Assembly: GCA_964022095.1 (NCBI GenBank)
Contig: CAXHZO010000003.1
Coordinates: 32,001-96,000 of the forward strand
From: an uncultured Arcobacteraceae bacterium
GTDB taxonomy: Bacteria > Campylobacterota > Campylobacteria > Campylobacterales > Arcobacteraceae
Reading direction: 5' to 3'
Length of the DNA stretch: 64,000 nucleotides
The position numbers and the translations under genes were made by a program. Position 1 is the first letter of the stretch, and every line of letters begins with the position of its first letter. Positions 10,100 to 22,543 of this stretch are shown here, in pieces. The notes below the pieces were generated by a model. It worked only from the letters and a program-made list of their open reading frames with translations. It made no database searches and was not told where the DNA came from.

Positions 10100-11308
10100 C
10101 TAGTTTATTGTTATCTTAGCGAAATTCTTTTTACCTTTTTGTAAAATGTATTCACCTTTTTGTAAATTTAATTTATCATCATTTACTTTTTCTTGATTTA
10201 GCTTTACAGCACCTGCTTTTACATCTCTTCTTGCTTGTGACGTTGAAGGCACTAGTTTTGCATCAACAAGTGCTTGACAAATCCAAATTTCACCTTCAAA
10301 AGTATATTCGTCCATATCTGTTGGTATATCTTTTTTTGCAAAAACTTTTTTAAACTCTTCTTTTGCTTTTTCACCATTTCCTTCACCATGAAATCTATTT
10401 ACAATCTCAATAGCCAAGGCATCTTTTACATCTTTTGGATGAATTGATTTATTCTCAACTCCAGCTTTTAACTCATCTATTTCTTTTAATGACTTTGTAG
10501 ATAATAATTCATAATATCTCCACATTAACTCATCACTAATTGATAGTGTTTTTCCAAACATATCAAAAGCTTCATCAGTAACACCAATATAGTTTCCTAA
10601 AGATTTAGACATTTTTTGAACACCATCTAAACCTTCTAAAATAGGCATCATTAATACTGCTTGTTGTTTTTTACAGTTATATGCTTTTTGTAAAGTTCTT
10701 CCCATTAATAAGTTAAACTTTTGGTCAGTTCCACCAAGCTCTATATCTGTATCCATTGCAACTGAATCATATCCTTGAAGTAATGGATAAGTAAATTCAC
10801 TCACTGCAATTGGCGTATTTGAGGCATATCTTTTAGAAAAATCATCTCTTTCTAACATTCTTGCAACTGTTAAGTTTGAAGCAAGTGATATTAATCCACC
10901 CGTTCCTAAATCTTTTAGCCATTTTGAATTGAATTTTACTTCTGTCTTACTCTCATCTAAAATTTTAAATACTTGTTCTTTATAACTTTGAGCATTTTCT
11001 AAAACCTGATCTTCACTTAATACTTTTCTTGTTTCACTTTTTCCAGTTGGATCTCCAATTGTTGCAGTAAAATCTCCAATTAAAAATTGAACAATTCCTC
11101 CAAATTTTTGGAAGGTCGCAAGTTTTTGTATTAATACTGTATGTCCTAAATGTAAATCAGGAGCAGTTGGATCAAAACCAGCTTTTACATAAAAGTTTTC
11201 ACCTGTTTCAAAATAGTTTCTTATAAGCTTTTCAATTCTTTCAATATCTATTATTTCAGCTGTTCCTCTTTGTATCTCAGCTAGTGCTTCTTGAACTTTG
11301 TTTTCCAT
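10100..11308 (-). CDS. tyrS: Tyrosine-tRNA ligase
   Basis: [19 protein letters not shown]-terminal S4 domain. Confidence 0.98.
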   Translation of the reverse strand: MENKVQEALAEIQRGTAEIIDIERIEKLIRNYFETGENFYVKAGFDPTAPDLHLGHTVLIQKLATFQKFGGIVQFLIGDFTATIGDPTGKSETRKVLSEDQVLENAQSYKEQVFKILDESKTEVKFNSKWLKDLGTGGLISLASNLTVARMLERDDFSKRYASNTPIAVSEFTYPLLQGYDSVAMDTDIELGGTDQKFNLLMGRTLQKAYNCKKQQAVLMMPILEGLDGVQKMSKSLGNYIGVTDEAFDMFGKTLSISDELMWRYYELLSTKSLKEIDELKAGVENKSIHPKDVKDALAIEIVNRFHGEGNGEKAKEEFKKVFAKKDIPTDMDEYTFEGEIWICQALVDAKLVPSTSQARRDVKAGAVKLNQEKVNDDKLNLQKGEYILQKGKKNFAKITIN

Positions 11309-11327
11309 TAAACTCTCTTACCCTTTA

Positions 11328-13472
11328 CTAATTTTTATATGCATCTTTCTTTGAAAAAAATTCTATTACTTTTACTTTTTTTTCTATAATTTTTCTTACT
11401 TCTTCATTATTCGATTTATTTATTTCAAACTCAATATCACAATATTGTCTGTACGAATGTTTTTGTCTACCAAAATCTACAGATAAAATATAGATCTCAT
11501 ATTGAGACATGTGAGTTAGTAATCTTGCTAATTCACCTTTTGTATTTGGAAGAGATACAAGCATTTTATATTGGTAAACTGTATCTTTAGTCCATTTACA
11601 AAATAGCATTTGATGTTTTGTTAATATTTTATTATACGCTTTATCACACATTTTATGGTGAATAACAGCATTGTTTCCATCTCTAAAAGCTACAATGTCA
11701 TCGCCAAATTTTGGGTGACAACAGTGGTCAAATGATACAGAATTAATACTAAAATTAGAATATACTAACATATTATCAAATTTAAACTCTTTTATTTTAC
11801 TAGTTAAGATTTTAAATCTTGTCATTATTCCTCTATCAGCAATGATTTTTTTCTCAATTTGTAACTTTGCGTGCTTAAAATAGTCCAAAATCTGTGGAAT
11901 CTTATGTGGTGATTCAACTTCATACTTACTTGTTATATCTTCATAATATCTATTAAAGACAGTATTTATAATATTTTTACCATAAAGTATGTCTATTTCT
12001 TTTTGTCTGTGGGCACATAAAAGCTTGATTTGTTTTTTTGCTCGAGATGTTTTTACCATTTCAAGCCATGAACATCTAGCAAGCTCTTTGTCTGATGTTT
12101 CAATTTGTACAATATCAGTACTTTTAAGTTCACTTAATAGAGGTTTTTTTATTTTATTAATATAACAACCATTTGCTCTTTTTCCAACATCACTATGAAC
12201 TAAATATGCAAAATCTAAGGCAGTAGAGCCAACAGGAAGATTAAATATTTCACCTTTTGGAGAGTATACTATTATCTCTTCAGTATATAAATGATCTTTT
12301 GTTTCTTGATAAAACTCTTCTACATTTTCATTTGAAAACTCTAAAGATTTTAACCAGTTAAGATTTGTAGTATTTTTTTCACCAGTTTTATACTTCCAAT
12401 GAGCAGCAATTCCATACTCTGCAACTTTGTTCATCTCAAATGATCTAATTTGAATTTCATAAATTTTAGAGTTATAAAATACAGTTGTATGAATAGTTTG
12501 ATAACCATTCTCTTTTGGTGTTGCAATATAGTCTTTAAATCTTGAAATTAATGGTTTATACTCTAAGTGAATAAAACCTAAAACATTATAACAATCAATA
12601 TCTTCTGGAAGTAAGATTCTAATGGCAAATAAATCAAGTACTTCATCAATAGAAATACCTTTTCTTTGCATTTTTAAATATATTGAATAATGGTGTTTTA
12701 TTCTACTGTAGATCTTGATTTTCTCTAAATCAAAACCATTTTTTTCTAATAAGTCTTTAGTTGTAGATATAAAATTATTAAAAGTCAACTGCATTGCATG
12801 CTCATTATCTTTTAAGAATTTATCTATTTTTTTATACTCATCTGGATAAATATAAAAAAATGCTAAATCTTCTAAAGCATTTTTAAGTGTTGAAATACCA
12901 AGTCTATTAGCAATTGGTACATATACAACTAAAGTCTCTTCAGCTATTCTTCTTTGCTTATTATCAGGAAGTGCTGATAGTGTAAGCATATTGTGAAGTC
13001 TGTCACAAAGTTTTACAACTAATACTCTAACATCATCAATTGAAGCAATTAACATTTTTCTAAATGTTAGCGCTGATGATACTAATTTTGCATCATTTGT
13101 ATTATTTGAAGGAACAAATTCATGCTCTCTAATTTCAACAATTTTAGTTAATCCATCAACCATATGAGCAATATCAAATCCCCATCTTTGTTGAACATAT
13201 TCAAGTGAATAATTAGTGTCTTCAACAACATCATGAAGTAGGGCAGTTGCAATTATTGCTTCATCTTTTGAAAAGTGAGCAGTTATACTAGCAACTAAAA
13301 TTGGGTGAACACAATAAGGCTCTCCACTTTTTCTATACTGACCTTCATGGGCTGTTATAACAAAATCTATTATTTCTTTTAATTTTGGAGTGAGTGTAGT
13401 TTCTGATTCTAACTCTTTGATAGCTTCGTCAACAGTGTTTATCTGTTGAACTCTTTTAATAAATGGATCCAT
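11328..13472 (-). CDS. spoT: Bifunctional (p)ppGpp synthetase/hydrolase
   Basis: RKSGEPY, LLHDVVED, DRLHNM, NGYQTIHT, GIAAHWKYK, TGS domain. Confidence 0.97.
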   Translation of the reverse strand: MDPFIKRVQQINTVDEAIKELESETTLTPKLKEIIDFVITAHEGQYRKSGEPYCVHPILVASITAHFSKDEAIIATALLHDVVEDTNYSLEYVQQRWGFDIAHMVDGLTKIVEIREHEFVPSNNTNDAKLVSSALTFRKMLIASIDDVRVLVVKLCDRLHNMLTLSALPDNKQRRIAEETLVVYVPIANRLGISTLKNALEDLAFFYIYPDEYKKIDKFLKDNEHAMQLTFNNFISTTKDLLEKNGFDLEKIKIYSRIKHHYSIYLKMQRKGISIDEVLDLFAIRILLPEDIDCYNVLGFIHLEYKPLISRFKDYIATPKENGYQTIHTTVFYNSKIYEIQIRSFEMNKVAEYGIAAHWKYKTGEKNTTNLNWLKSLEFSNENVEEFYQETKDHLYTEEIIVYSPKGEIFNLPVGSTALDFAYLVHSDVGKRANGCYINKIKKPLLSELKSTDIVQIETSDKELARCSWLEMVKTSRAKKQIKLLCAHRQKEIDILYGKNIINTVFNRYYEDITSKYEVESPHKIPQILDYFKHAKLQIEKKIIADRGIMTRFKILTSKIKEFKFDNMLVYSNFSINSVSFDHCCHPKFGDDIVAFRDGNNAVIHHKMCDKAYNKILTKHQMLFCKWTKDTVYQYKMLVSLPNTKGELARLLTHMSQYEIYILSVDFGRQKHSYRQYCDIEFEINKSNNEEVRKIIEKKVKVIEFFSKKDAYKN

Positions 13473-13508
13473 TAAATTTAGACCTAGATATAAGAAAAGT
13501 TCTTATAT

Positions 13509-13724
13509 CTAGTTTTTGTCTACTAAACCTTCGATTACTAATAAACCATTTGCAATTTCATCAATTGCAATATCAGTATATTTCATTTTTTGAGTGTTTT
13601 GCTCTAAAAGTGGCTTTGCACCTTTGCTTAATTCATCTGCTCTTTGACCAACAGCAATAGCTAAAATATATCTATCATTGTTTACTTGTTTTAAAGCTTT
13701 TGTCATTCTTTCTTCTAATCTCAT
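13509..13724 (-). CDS. rpoZ: RNA polymerase omega subunit
   Basis: DRYILAIAVGQRA..IAIDEIA; lies between pyrH and spoT. Confidence 0.93.
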   Translation of the reverse strand: MRLEERMTKALKQVNNDRYILAIAVGQRADELSKGAKPLLEQNTQKMKYTDIAIDEIANGLLVIEGLVDKN

Positions 13725-13741
13725 TTAAATTCCTCTATGAT

Positions 13742-14461
<720 letters not shown>

Positions 14462-14507
14462 TTAATATTTTGCGAGTATATCTAAAATTTTATTAACAAT
14501 TACTTAC

Positions 14508-15575
14508 TTAACTTAAGGCCCATTCATAAAAAGGTAAAATATTAATTTTTAGATTAGGATCTTTTATAATTTCACTGTTTGAAATGGTAATAATATTTAT
14601 CTCTTTGATACTTAATTCTTTTGCAGTTTTAATGATTTTTCTAAGTGAACTTGCCATTAAAATTGAGTTGAAAAATGGAATTGATACAACTGCTTGATTT
14701 TGTGATTTTATATAAAAATCTATGTTATCTGCGTAATATAATTCACTGTATTTAGAGTTTAATTCTAAAAAAACCATATTTGAAAACTCATTTTTAAACT
14801 TTTTATTATGTGTTATTGCATTAAAAAATGCATGATTGTAACAGTATATTTTTTTTGTGGATTTCTGTTGATTATATTTTTCCAAAAAATAGATTGTTTT
14901 ATCATTCTGAAGCTTTTTGCATGTATCATAAAACATATCTTTTGAGACTTTAATTTTTGTTTTTAAAGTGTTGAATAGTTGAAATAAAGACTTCTTTTCA
15001 TCGATATTTTCAATAAGTATTTTTAGGATTTCATATTGTGTATTATTTGAAGATTGTAGACTTAAAATCTCTTGTAGTCTATGTATCTTTTTATGCTCTT
15101 CAAGAGGAATGATTTCTGGTAAATTACCAAATTTTAGGAAGTTATTAAAACTATTTGTAATATTTTGATGTCTTTGGTCATGTAAAATATACTCTTCAAA
15201 GTCCAAGGGATTAACTATGATATTTTTAAAACCCTTAATCTTTTTGTTTATATTTGATGAAATAATTATATTATCACAGTAAGGTAAATCAAAATTAAAA
15301 TCAAAATTTTCCAAAACTAAAACTTTGATTTTGTTTTTTCTTAAAAATGAGTCAAGGTTTTGTTCAATTTCTTCATAATCATTTCTTGTATCTTTAAAAT
15401 CAATATAAAGATATTCATCAGTTTTAAAAAGAGATAAATAATCATAAATTAAGTAACTTTTTCCAACACTACAAGCCCCATAAATAATAGTTTTTGGATG
15501 AGTGATTTTAATCTTTCTTTCTAAAAAGCTTACTTTAGAAAAATTTAATTCATATGAGGCTTCTAGACTTTTCAT
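14508..15575 (-). CDS. AAA_14/DUF4143-like ATP-binding protein
   Basis: Walker A-like GACSVGKS, PLDFEEY, FGNLPE, KKIYCYN. Confidence 0.7.
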   Translation of the reverse strand: MKSLEASYELNFSKVSFLERKIKITHPKTIIYGACSVGKSYLIYDYLSLFKTDEYLYIDFKDTRNDYEEIEQNLDSFLRKNKIKVLVLENFDFNFDLPYCDNIIISSNINKKIKGFKNIIVNPLDFEEYILHDQRHQNITNSFNNFLKFGNLPEIIPLEEHKKIHRLQEILSLQSSNNTQYEILKILIENIDEKKSLFQLFNTLKTKIKVSKDMFYDTCKKLQNDKTIYFLEKYNQQKSTKKIYCYNHAFFNAITHNKKFKNEFSNMVFLELNSKYSELYYADNIDFYIKSQNQAVVSIPFFNSILMASSLRKIIKTAKELSIKEINIITISNSEIIKDPNLKINILPFYEWALS

Positions 15576-15578
15576 AGC

Positions 15579-16499
15579 TTAATTTTTTGCTAAACTCACA
15601 GCTTCTTTGATTGCATTTACATAACTTTTTATGTTTACTTTTTCATTTTTATATGCGATATTAAATGCCGTTCCATGATCAACTGAAGTTCTAATAATAG
15701 GAAGATTTAAACTTACATTTATGCTTTCATCAAAATATAAAGCTTTTAGTGGAGCTAGTCCTTGATCATGATACATTGCTACAAAGTGTTTGTAGTTTTT
15801 TCTTGACATTGGCGAAAAAGCAGTATCAGGAACTAAGGGACCTTTAAATACTTTTTTATCTAAAATCTTATTGGCATTTTTTATAGCTTTAAAAATATCA
15901 ATCTCTTCATCACCTAAAACACCATTGTCACTTGCATGGGGATTTAATCCTAAAACACCGATTTTTTTTGCTTTAACATTTTTGTAAAAATCAACTAAAA
16001 ATTGTGTAAGATCAGCTTCATTTATTTTTTTTGCTACTTTTTTTAGTGGTATATGTTCTGTATAAAGTCCTACAAACATCTTTTTACATCCAAGCATCAT
16101 AATTGCATTTTTACCAAAATAGTCTCTTAGCACTTCTGTATGACCTTTATAGCTTATATCTGCTAGACTCCATGACTCTTTATTAATAGGAAGTGTACAA
16201 ATAGCATCAACTTCTTTTTTATCTGCTAGTTTTATAGCATCAAAAAATGACTCAAAAGAGTATTTCCCTGCGTTTTTATTAACAACACCTGGTTTGATGT
16301 TAAATTCACCTTTTGTTTCATATATATTCATATCTTTAGGAATCTTAAGATTTAACTGTTTTGCTGCTCTTTTTAGCATTTTATTGTTTATACAATAAAC
16401 TGGTTCACAATATTTAGATATCTTTTCATGAGTTATTAAAGCGATTTCAATACCAATTCCATTTAAATCTCCAACACTTATTGCTATTTTTGGTTTCAT
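15579..16499 (-). CDS. pdxA: 4-hydroxythreonine-4-phosphate dehydrogenase
   Basis: GHTE, LNPHA, AMYHDQGL, RTSVDHGTA. Confidence 0.97.
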   Translation of the reverse strand: MKPKIAISVGDLNGIGIEIALITHEKISKYCEPVYCINNKMLKRAAKQLNLKIPKDMNIYETKGEFNIKPGVVNKNAGKYSFESFFDAIKLADKKEVDAICTLPINKESWSLADISYKGHTEVLRDYFGKNAIMMLGCKKMFVGLYTEHIPLKKVAKKINEADLTQFLVDFYKNVKAKKIGVLGLNPHASDNGVLGDEEIDIFKAIKNANKILDKKVFKGPLVPDTAFSPMSRKNYKHFVAMYHDQGLAPLKALYFDESINVSLNLPIIRTSVDHGTAFNIAYKNEKVNIKSYVNAIKEAVSLAKN

Positions 16500-16507
16500 T
16501 CTTTGCC

Positions 16508-17287
16508 TTAGTTTATTAATTCTTTCATATCAGTAATTGCTTTACCAAGACCTGTAAAAACACTTCTTGCAATAATACTTTGTCCAATATTTAATTCACT
16601 AATTCCTTTAATATTAGAAATTAATGTTACATTTTGATAATTTAGCCCATGACCTGCTGCTACTTTTAAATTCTGTTTTAAAGCAGATTTTGTTGCATCA
16701 TTTATATAAGTAATTGATTCATCAAGTTTTTCTTTTAGCTGTGTTTTGCTTAATTGTAATTCTTCAATTGTATGATGAGTTTGTGCTAAATTTGTGTATA
16801 ACATTGCATATACATTTGCAAAAGTTCCAGTATGAAGTTCAATCCACTGTACATTTAGTTTTGAACAAAGTTCAATAATCTCTAAATCAGGATCCACAAA
16901 TAGTGATACTTCAATCTCATTTTCATGAAGTTTTTGGACTGCTTTTTTTATTCTTTCAAAATTAGATTCAATATCTAATCCACCTTCGGTTGTTACTTCA
17001 TCCCGATTTTCAGGAACTAATGTAGCTCTATGAGGTTTTAATTTACATACAATATCAATTATATCTTCATTTATTGAACACTCTAAATTAACAGGTAGGG
17101 CACTTTGTTGTATAATTGCAACTGCATCATTATCATGAATATGTCTTCTGTCTTCTCTTAAATGAATAGTGATTTGATCTGCACCATTTAGTTTACAAAT
17201 TCCAAGGGCATCTAGGGGATTTGGGTCGTTTATTTTTCTCGCTTCTCTTAAAACTGCGATGTGGTCTATGTTTACGCCAAGTAACAA
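16508..17287 (-). CDS. pdxJ: Pyridoxine 5'-phosphate synthase
   Basis: LGVNIDH, HLREDRRHI, TTEGGL, AGHGL, ELNIG. Confidence 0.98.
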   Translation of the reverse strand: MLLGVNIDHIAVLREARKINDPNPLDALGICKLNGADQITIHLREDRRHIHDNDAVAIIQQSALPVNLECSINEDIIDIVCKLKPHRATLVPENRDEVTTEGGLDIESNFERIKKAVQKLHENEIEVSLFVDPDLEIIELCSKLNVQWIELHTGTFANVYAMLYTNLAQTHHTIEELQLSKTQLKEKLDESITYINDATKSALKQNLKVAAGHGLNYQNVTLISNIKGISELNIGQSIIARSVFTGLGKAITDMKELIN

Positions 17288-17377
17288 TATATATCCTTTA
17301 AATAGGCTTTTTTAGTGTAATGATTATAACGAAAAATTAATAAAGAAGAATTATAAAGAGAGTATGAATTAAAAGAC

Positions 17378-18787
17378 TTAAGATAAGTCTTTTAATGTAG
17401 ATATATTAGCTGCAAGTTTATTATGAACTTCTAAGTACTCTTCTTCTGGGATAGAATCAGCAACTACTCCTGCCCCTGCTTGGAATATGATTTTATCATC
17501 AGTTATCATTGATGTTCTAATAGTAATTGCACTATCCATATTCCCATCAAAACCAAAGTAAGCAATACTTCCAGAATAGAAGTTTCTTTTTATACCTTCA
17601 AACTGAGCAATTAATTCCATGGCTCTAATTTTAGGAGCTCCTGTCATAGTTCCAGCTGTAAAAGTTGCTGCAAATAAATCAAACATGTCATATTTATCAT
17701 CTATAACTGCTTCAACATCAGAAACGATATGCATAACATGAGAGTATCTTTCAACTCTCATTAAATCAGTTACTTTAACTGTACCTGGCCGTGCAACTCT
17801 TCCAACATCATTTCTTCCTAAATCTACAAGCATTAGATGTTCAGCTCTCTCTTTAGGATTGTTAATCATCTCTTCTTCCATTTCAAGGTCTTTTTCTATA
17901 GTTTTACCTCGTTTTCTAGTTCCTGCAATTGGTCTTAAAAGTAAATGACCATCAACTAATCTAATCATAACTTCAGGAGAACTTCCTGCAATTGCAAATT
18001 TTTCAAACTCTAATAAAAATAGGTATGGACTAGGATTTTTACTTCTTAAAGCTCTGTAAAAACTAAGATTATCGACAACTGCTTTTTGAGTAAATCTATT
18101 TGACATAAGTATTTGAAATACATCACCTGATTTTATCATCTCTTTAGATTTTGCAACCATTTCAAAGAACTTCTCTTTTGAGTAGTTAAAATTACCTTCA
18201 TCAATTAAAGTAGCTTTTTTAAGAGGTGTAAATTCATATGGTGTATATAGTTCTTCTTGGATTTTTTCTAAATCATCTTTTTTCTCTTCAAGTGAAGTTA
18301 CCATAACTAATTTTGATGTTTTATGAGAAAAACCTAAAATGATTTTTGGTCTAATAAGGTCTAAATCAGGAATATTTAATTGGTCTTCTAGTGGATCCAT
18401 ATATTTTTTTAATACTGGTTCAAACTCTTTTCCAATATCAAAACCTACATTTCCAATAAATCCATCAATTAATCCAATACCTAGTTCTTGACTTTTTTCT
18501 TTGTAAATTTCTTTATCAAAGTTTTTGTAGTATTTTTTTAAAAACTTTAAAGGATTAGATTCTACTTGTGAAGTCTCACCTTTTTCATTCTTAAAAAAAC
18601 ATACATTGTTTTCATACCAAACTCGCTCACGTGCGCCAATAATTATATATGAATAGTTTCCATCACTTGAATTGATTGTACTTTCAAATAAAAAAGTGAT
18701 TTCATCTTTATAAAGATTCTTCACTTTTTCATATATTGAAACAGGCGTAAACTGATCTAAAAATAGTTCTTTGTTATAAAAATTCAT
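17378..18787 (-). CDS. trpE: Anthranilate synthase component I
   Basis: NPSPY, SSPE, PIAGTRKRG, EHLMLVDLGRND, GAPKIRAM. Confidence 0.93.
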   Translation of the reverse strand: MNFYNKELFLDQFTPVSIYEKVKNLYKDEITFLFESTINSSDGNYSYIIIGARERVWYENNVCFFKNEKGETSQVESNPLKFLKKYYKNFDKEIYKEKSQELGIGLIDGFIGNVGFDIGKEFEPVLKKYMDPLEDQLNIPDLDLIRPKIILGFSHKTSKLVMVTSLEEKKDDLEKIQEELYTPYEFTPLKKATLIDEGNFNYSKEKFFEMVAKSKEMIKSGDVFQILMSNRFTQKAVVDNLSFYRALRSKNPSPYLFLLEFEKFAIAGSSPEVMIRLVDGHLLLRPIAGTRKRGKTIEKDLEMEEEMINNPKERAEHLMLVDLGRNDVGRVARPGTVKVTDLMRVERYSHVMHIVSDVEAVIDDKYDMFDLFAATFTAGTMTGAPKIRAMELIAQFEGIKRNFYSGSIAYFGFDGNMDSAITIRTSMITDDKIIFQAGAGVVADSIPEEEYLEVHNKLAANISTLKDLS

Positions 18788-18796
18788 TCACTCTCT

Positions 18797-19711
18797 TTAA
18801 AATTTAAGTACATATGCACTTGATAAGTTTAGTTTGTTTTTAATATTGTCAATATTATCTTTTGCTTGAGCTCTAGAAGAGTAAGGGCCTATTAAAACTT
18901 TGTTGTACATTTTACCTTTTACTTCAACTTTATATACTTTATATTTTAAACCAGCACTTCTAATTTTATTAATATAGTTTGTAGATGGAGTTTTTGTAAA
19001 TGCTCCAATTTGAACAAAGTATCCACTGATAACTTCATTTGAAGAAGCTGATTTCACTAAATCTTTTACACTTTTTTTAGGCTCAACTTTTTTAACAACA
19101 GGTTTTTTAACAACAGGTTTTGTTTCAGCTACTTTTTTCTCAGCTTGCTTGATCTCTTTTGTTTTTTCTTCTATTTTTTTAATAGTTTCATCTAAAGTTG
19201 ATTGAGCAATCTCTTCTTTTGATTCTTGCTTTGTATTAATAGCTTCTATTTTTTCTTCAGATGTTACAGCTTGAGTTGAACTCTCTTCTGTTTGTGCATC
19301 TTTTTTTATTCTTTCATTAATGATTTTTTGAAAGTTTTCCTCAATATTTGAGTTCTCTTCTAATTTTTTCATCTCTAAAGAATCAGCTTTTGAAGATGTG
19401 AAAGAATCTTCTTTATCATCTCCTGTTAAAAGGCGAATAACAATTATTGTTAATAAAAATAAAACAACTAAAATAATACCTAAGACTAAGTATTTCTTTT
19501 TGTTTGTATCTTCATCTTTGATAGGTTCATTTGAATCTAACATAATATTATCTAGTTCATGTTCATTAGAAATAGGCGTTTCAATTATTACTGGGTCTTC
19601 ATCAGTATAGTTTTGTTCTGCTTCTTCTAATTCATTTAACTTTTGCTCAAGTTCATCTCTTTCTTGTTGTAGTTGAACTTTTTTGATAAACTCTTCACCT
19701 TTTATTTGCAT
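18797..19711 (-). CDS. SPOR domain membrane protein (DedD/FtsN-like)
   Basis: Single TM, charged linker, C-terminal YFVQIGAF..VLIGPY. Confidence 0.88.
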   Translation of the reverse strand: MQIKGEEFIKKVQLQQERDELEQKLNELEEAEQNYTDEDPVIIETPISNEHELDNIMLDSNEPIKDEDTNKKKYLVLGIILVVLFLLTIIVIRLLTGDDKEDSFTSSKADSLEMKKLEENSNIEENFQKIINERIKKDAQTEESSTQAVTSEEKIEAINTKQESKEEIAQSTLDETIKKIEEKTKEIKQAEKKVAETKPVVKKPVVKKVEPKKSVKDLVKSASSNEVISGYFVQIGAFTKTPSTNYINKIRSAGLKYKVYKVEVKGKMYNKVLIGPYSSRAQAKDNIDNIKNKLNLSSAYVLKF

Positions 19712-19732
19712 AGCTAATCCTTATAGGTTTTA

Positions 19733-20995
19733 TTAGTAAGTTGATTGATTATAAATTACAAAATTACTTGCTAACTCTTCTAATTCTTTTTTAATATTTG
19801 CGTGTAATGCTTCATCTTCAATATTATCTAAAACATCACAAATTTTATTTGCAATTGTTTCAAATTCAGCTTCTTTCATCCCTCTTGAAGTAAGTGCAGG
19901 TGAACCTATTCTAACTCCTGAAGTAACAAATGGACTTCTAGTCTCACCTGGAACAGTATTTTTATTAACTGTAATACCAGCATTTCCTAAAGCTGCATCT
20001 GCATCTTTACCGCTAAATGGTTTATTTAAAAATGATACTAATACTAAGTGGTTATCTGTACCATCACTTACGATGTCATATCCTCTTTTCATTAATACTT
20101 CTGCTAGAACTTTTGCATTTGCTTTAACTTGTTTTGCGTAATCTTTCCACTCAGGTGCTAAAACTTCTTTAAATGCAACAGCTTTTGCAGCCATAACATG
20201 AACTAATGGTCCACCTTGTAATCCTGGGAAAATTGCAGAGTTAACTTTTTTAGCAATATCTTCATCATTTGTCATAATTAAACCACCTCTAGGACCTCTT
20301 AAAGTCTTGTGAGTAGTTGTTGTTACAACATCTGCATAAGGGAATGGACTCATATGCTCACCAGCTGCTACTAATCCAGCAATATGTGCAATATCAGCAA
20401 ATAATATTGCTCCTACTTCATCAGCAATTTCTCTAAACTTAGAAAAATCAATCTCTCTTGCGTAAGCTGAAGCTCCACAAACAATAATTTTTGGTTGAGT
20501 AACTTTAGCAATTTCCATTACTTTATCGTAGTTAATTCTACCATCTAATTCAACACCATAATAAAATGCAGAATAGTTTTTACCAGAAAATGATGGTTTT
20601 GAACCATGTGTTAAGTGACCACCGTGAGATAAATCCATACCTAAAATTTTATCACCAGCTTTTAATAATGCTGCATAAACTGCACCATTTGCTTGGCTAC
20701 CTGCGTGTGGTTGAACATTTGCAAATTTACATCCAAAAATTTCACAAGCTCTATCTATTGCTAATTGCTCTGCTTTATCAGCAAATTCACATCCACCATA
20801 ATATCTTTTATATGGATAACCCTCAGCATATTTATTAGTAAATACAGAACCCATTGTTTCCATAACTGCAGGACTTGTAAAGTTCTCACTTGCAATCATT
20901 TCTAAGTGGTTAGTTTGTCTTTGTAATTCAGACTCAACAATGTCAAAAATCTCTTTATCCGCTTCTTGTAAGTTTTTGTTGCTAATGTAGCTCAT
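19733..20995 (-). CDS. glyA: Serine hydroxymethyltransferase
   Basis: [28 protein letters not shown]. Confidence 0.99.
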   Translation of the reverse strand: MSYISNKNLQEADKEIFDIVESELQRQTNHLEMIASENFTSPAVMETMGSVFTNKYAEGYPYKRYYGGCEFADKAEQLAIDRACEIFGCKFANVQPHAGSQANGAVYAALLKAGDKILGMDLSHGGHLTHGSKPSFSGKNYSAFYYGVELDGRINYDKVMEIAKVTQPKIIVCGASAYAREIDFSKFREIADEVGAILFADIAHIAGLVAAGEHMSPFPYADVVTTTTHKTLRGPRGGLIMTNDEDIAKKVNSAIFPGLQGGPLVHVMAAKAVAFKEVLAPEWKDYAKQVKANAKVLAEVLMKRGYDIVSDGTDNHLVLVSFLNKPFSGKDADAALGNAGITVNKNTVPGETRSPFVTSGVRIGSPALTSRGMKEAEFETIANKICDVLDNIEDEALHANIKKELEELASNFVIYNQSTY

Positions 20996-21014
20996 CTAGT
21001 TTCTCCTAATAGTT

Positions 21015-22529
21015 TTAATTTTCTTCATCATGAAGATTAATTTCATGTTTTACTGGCTTCATAGCAGGGAATAATAATACATCTCTAATTGAGTGTTCAT
21101 TAGTTAACATCATAACTAATCTATCTATTCCAATACCTTGACCTGCTGTTGGAGCCATACCATAAGATAATGCATTTACAAAATCTTCATCCATTTCATG
21201 TGCTTCATCATCACCTGCATCTTTTGCATCCATTTGACCTTCAAATCTTTCTAATTGATCAAGTGGGTCATTAAGCTCACTAAATGCATTTGCTATTTCT
21301 TTACCTGCAATGAATAACTCAAATCTATCAGTTAAATGAGGTTTCTCATCATTTCTTCTTGCAAGTGGTGAAATCTCAACTGGATATTCAGTAATAAATG
21401 TAGGGTTGATTAGTTTCTCTTCAACGAACTCATCAAAAAGTTCACCTTGTAATTGACCTAAATTCATTTTTTCATTTGCTTCAAGATTGTTCTCTCTTAA
21501 ATAAGCTAAGATTTTTTCTTTATCTTCTGTAATATCAGCAGGAACTCCACCAATATCTGTTAAAGATTGAATTAATGGAATTTCAGTGAAGTTATTAAAG
21601 TCAATTTCTAAATCTCCATAAGGTAAAGTTGTAGGTAATTCTAAATGCTCAAATAAAAATTCAAAGTACTCTTTTGTAAGTTCAATTAAATCTTTATATG
21701 TTTTATATGCCCAGTAAAACTCAATAGAAGTAAATTCTGGATTATGTGTTGCGTCCATTCCTTCATTTCTAAAACATCTATTGATTTCAAATACTGCTTC
21801 AAATCCACCAACAATACATCTTTTTAAGTATAACTCAGGTGCAATTCTTAAAAATCTATCAATTCCTAATGCATTATGATGAGTAACAAATGGTTTTGCA
21901 TTTGCTCCACCTGCAATTGGATGCATCATTGGAGTTTCAACTTCTAAGAATCCTTTATTTTCAAAGAATCTTCTTGTTAATGAAATAACTCTACTTCTAA
22001 CTTGGAAAGTTTTTCTAACTTGTGAATTCATAATTAAGTCTAAATATCTTTGTCTATATCTTAACTCTTTATCTTGAATTCCATGATATTTTTCAGGAAG
22101 TGGAGAAATTGATTTTGTTAAGATTTTTAAATCATGAACATGAAGTGATAACTCACCTTTTCCAGTAATAAATGGATAACCAGTAACTTCAATAATATCA
22201 CCAACTTCAACATTTTTTTTGAAAATTGTATTATAAAAGTCTTCTGGTAAATTATCTCTTGCCACATAAATTTGTAAGATTCCTGATTCATCTTCAATCT
22301 TTAGAAAACTAGCTTTTCCCATAAGTCTAAAGAATTTGATTCTTCCTGCAACTGTATAGCTTCTATTTTCATCTCTTTTATCTTCTGTACTGAAAATATC
22401 ACTGTTTACATTTATGTATTTAGAAATAGTTGTATTTCTTTTACTATCATTTGCATAAGGATTAAATCCAGCTTCTTTTAAAATATTGGCTTTTTCAATT
22501 CTTTGCTGTATATATTTATTTTCGAACAA
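21015..22529 (-). CDS. lysS: Lysine-tRNA ligase (class II)
   Basis: [34 protein letters not shown] start. Confidence 0.99.
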   Translation of the reverse strand: MFENKYIQQRIEKANILKEAGFNPYANDSKRNTTISKYINVNSDIFSTEDKRDENRSYTVAGRIKFFRLMGKASFLKIEDESGILQIYVARDNLPEDFYNTIFKKNVEVGDIIEVTGYPFITGKGELSLHVHDLKILTKSISPLPEKYHGIQDKELRYRQRYLDLIMNSQVRKTFQVRSRVISLTRRFFENKGFLEVETPMMHPIAGGANAKPFVTHHNALGIDRFLRIAPELYLKRCIVGGFEAVFEINRCFRNEGMDATHNPEFTSIEFYWAYKTYKDLIELTKEYFEFLFEHLELPTTLPYGDLEIDFNNFTEIPLIQSLTDIGGVPADITEDKEKILAYLRENNLEANEKMNLGQLQGELFDEFVEEKLINPTFITEYPVEISPLARRNDEKPHLTDRFELFIAGKEIANAFSELNDPLDQLERFEGQMDAKDAGDDEAHEMDEDFVNALSYGMAPTAGQGIGIDRLVMMLTNEHSIRDVLLFPAMKPVKHEINLHDEEN

Positions 22530-22543
22530 TATTTATTTCCTTT

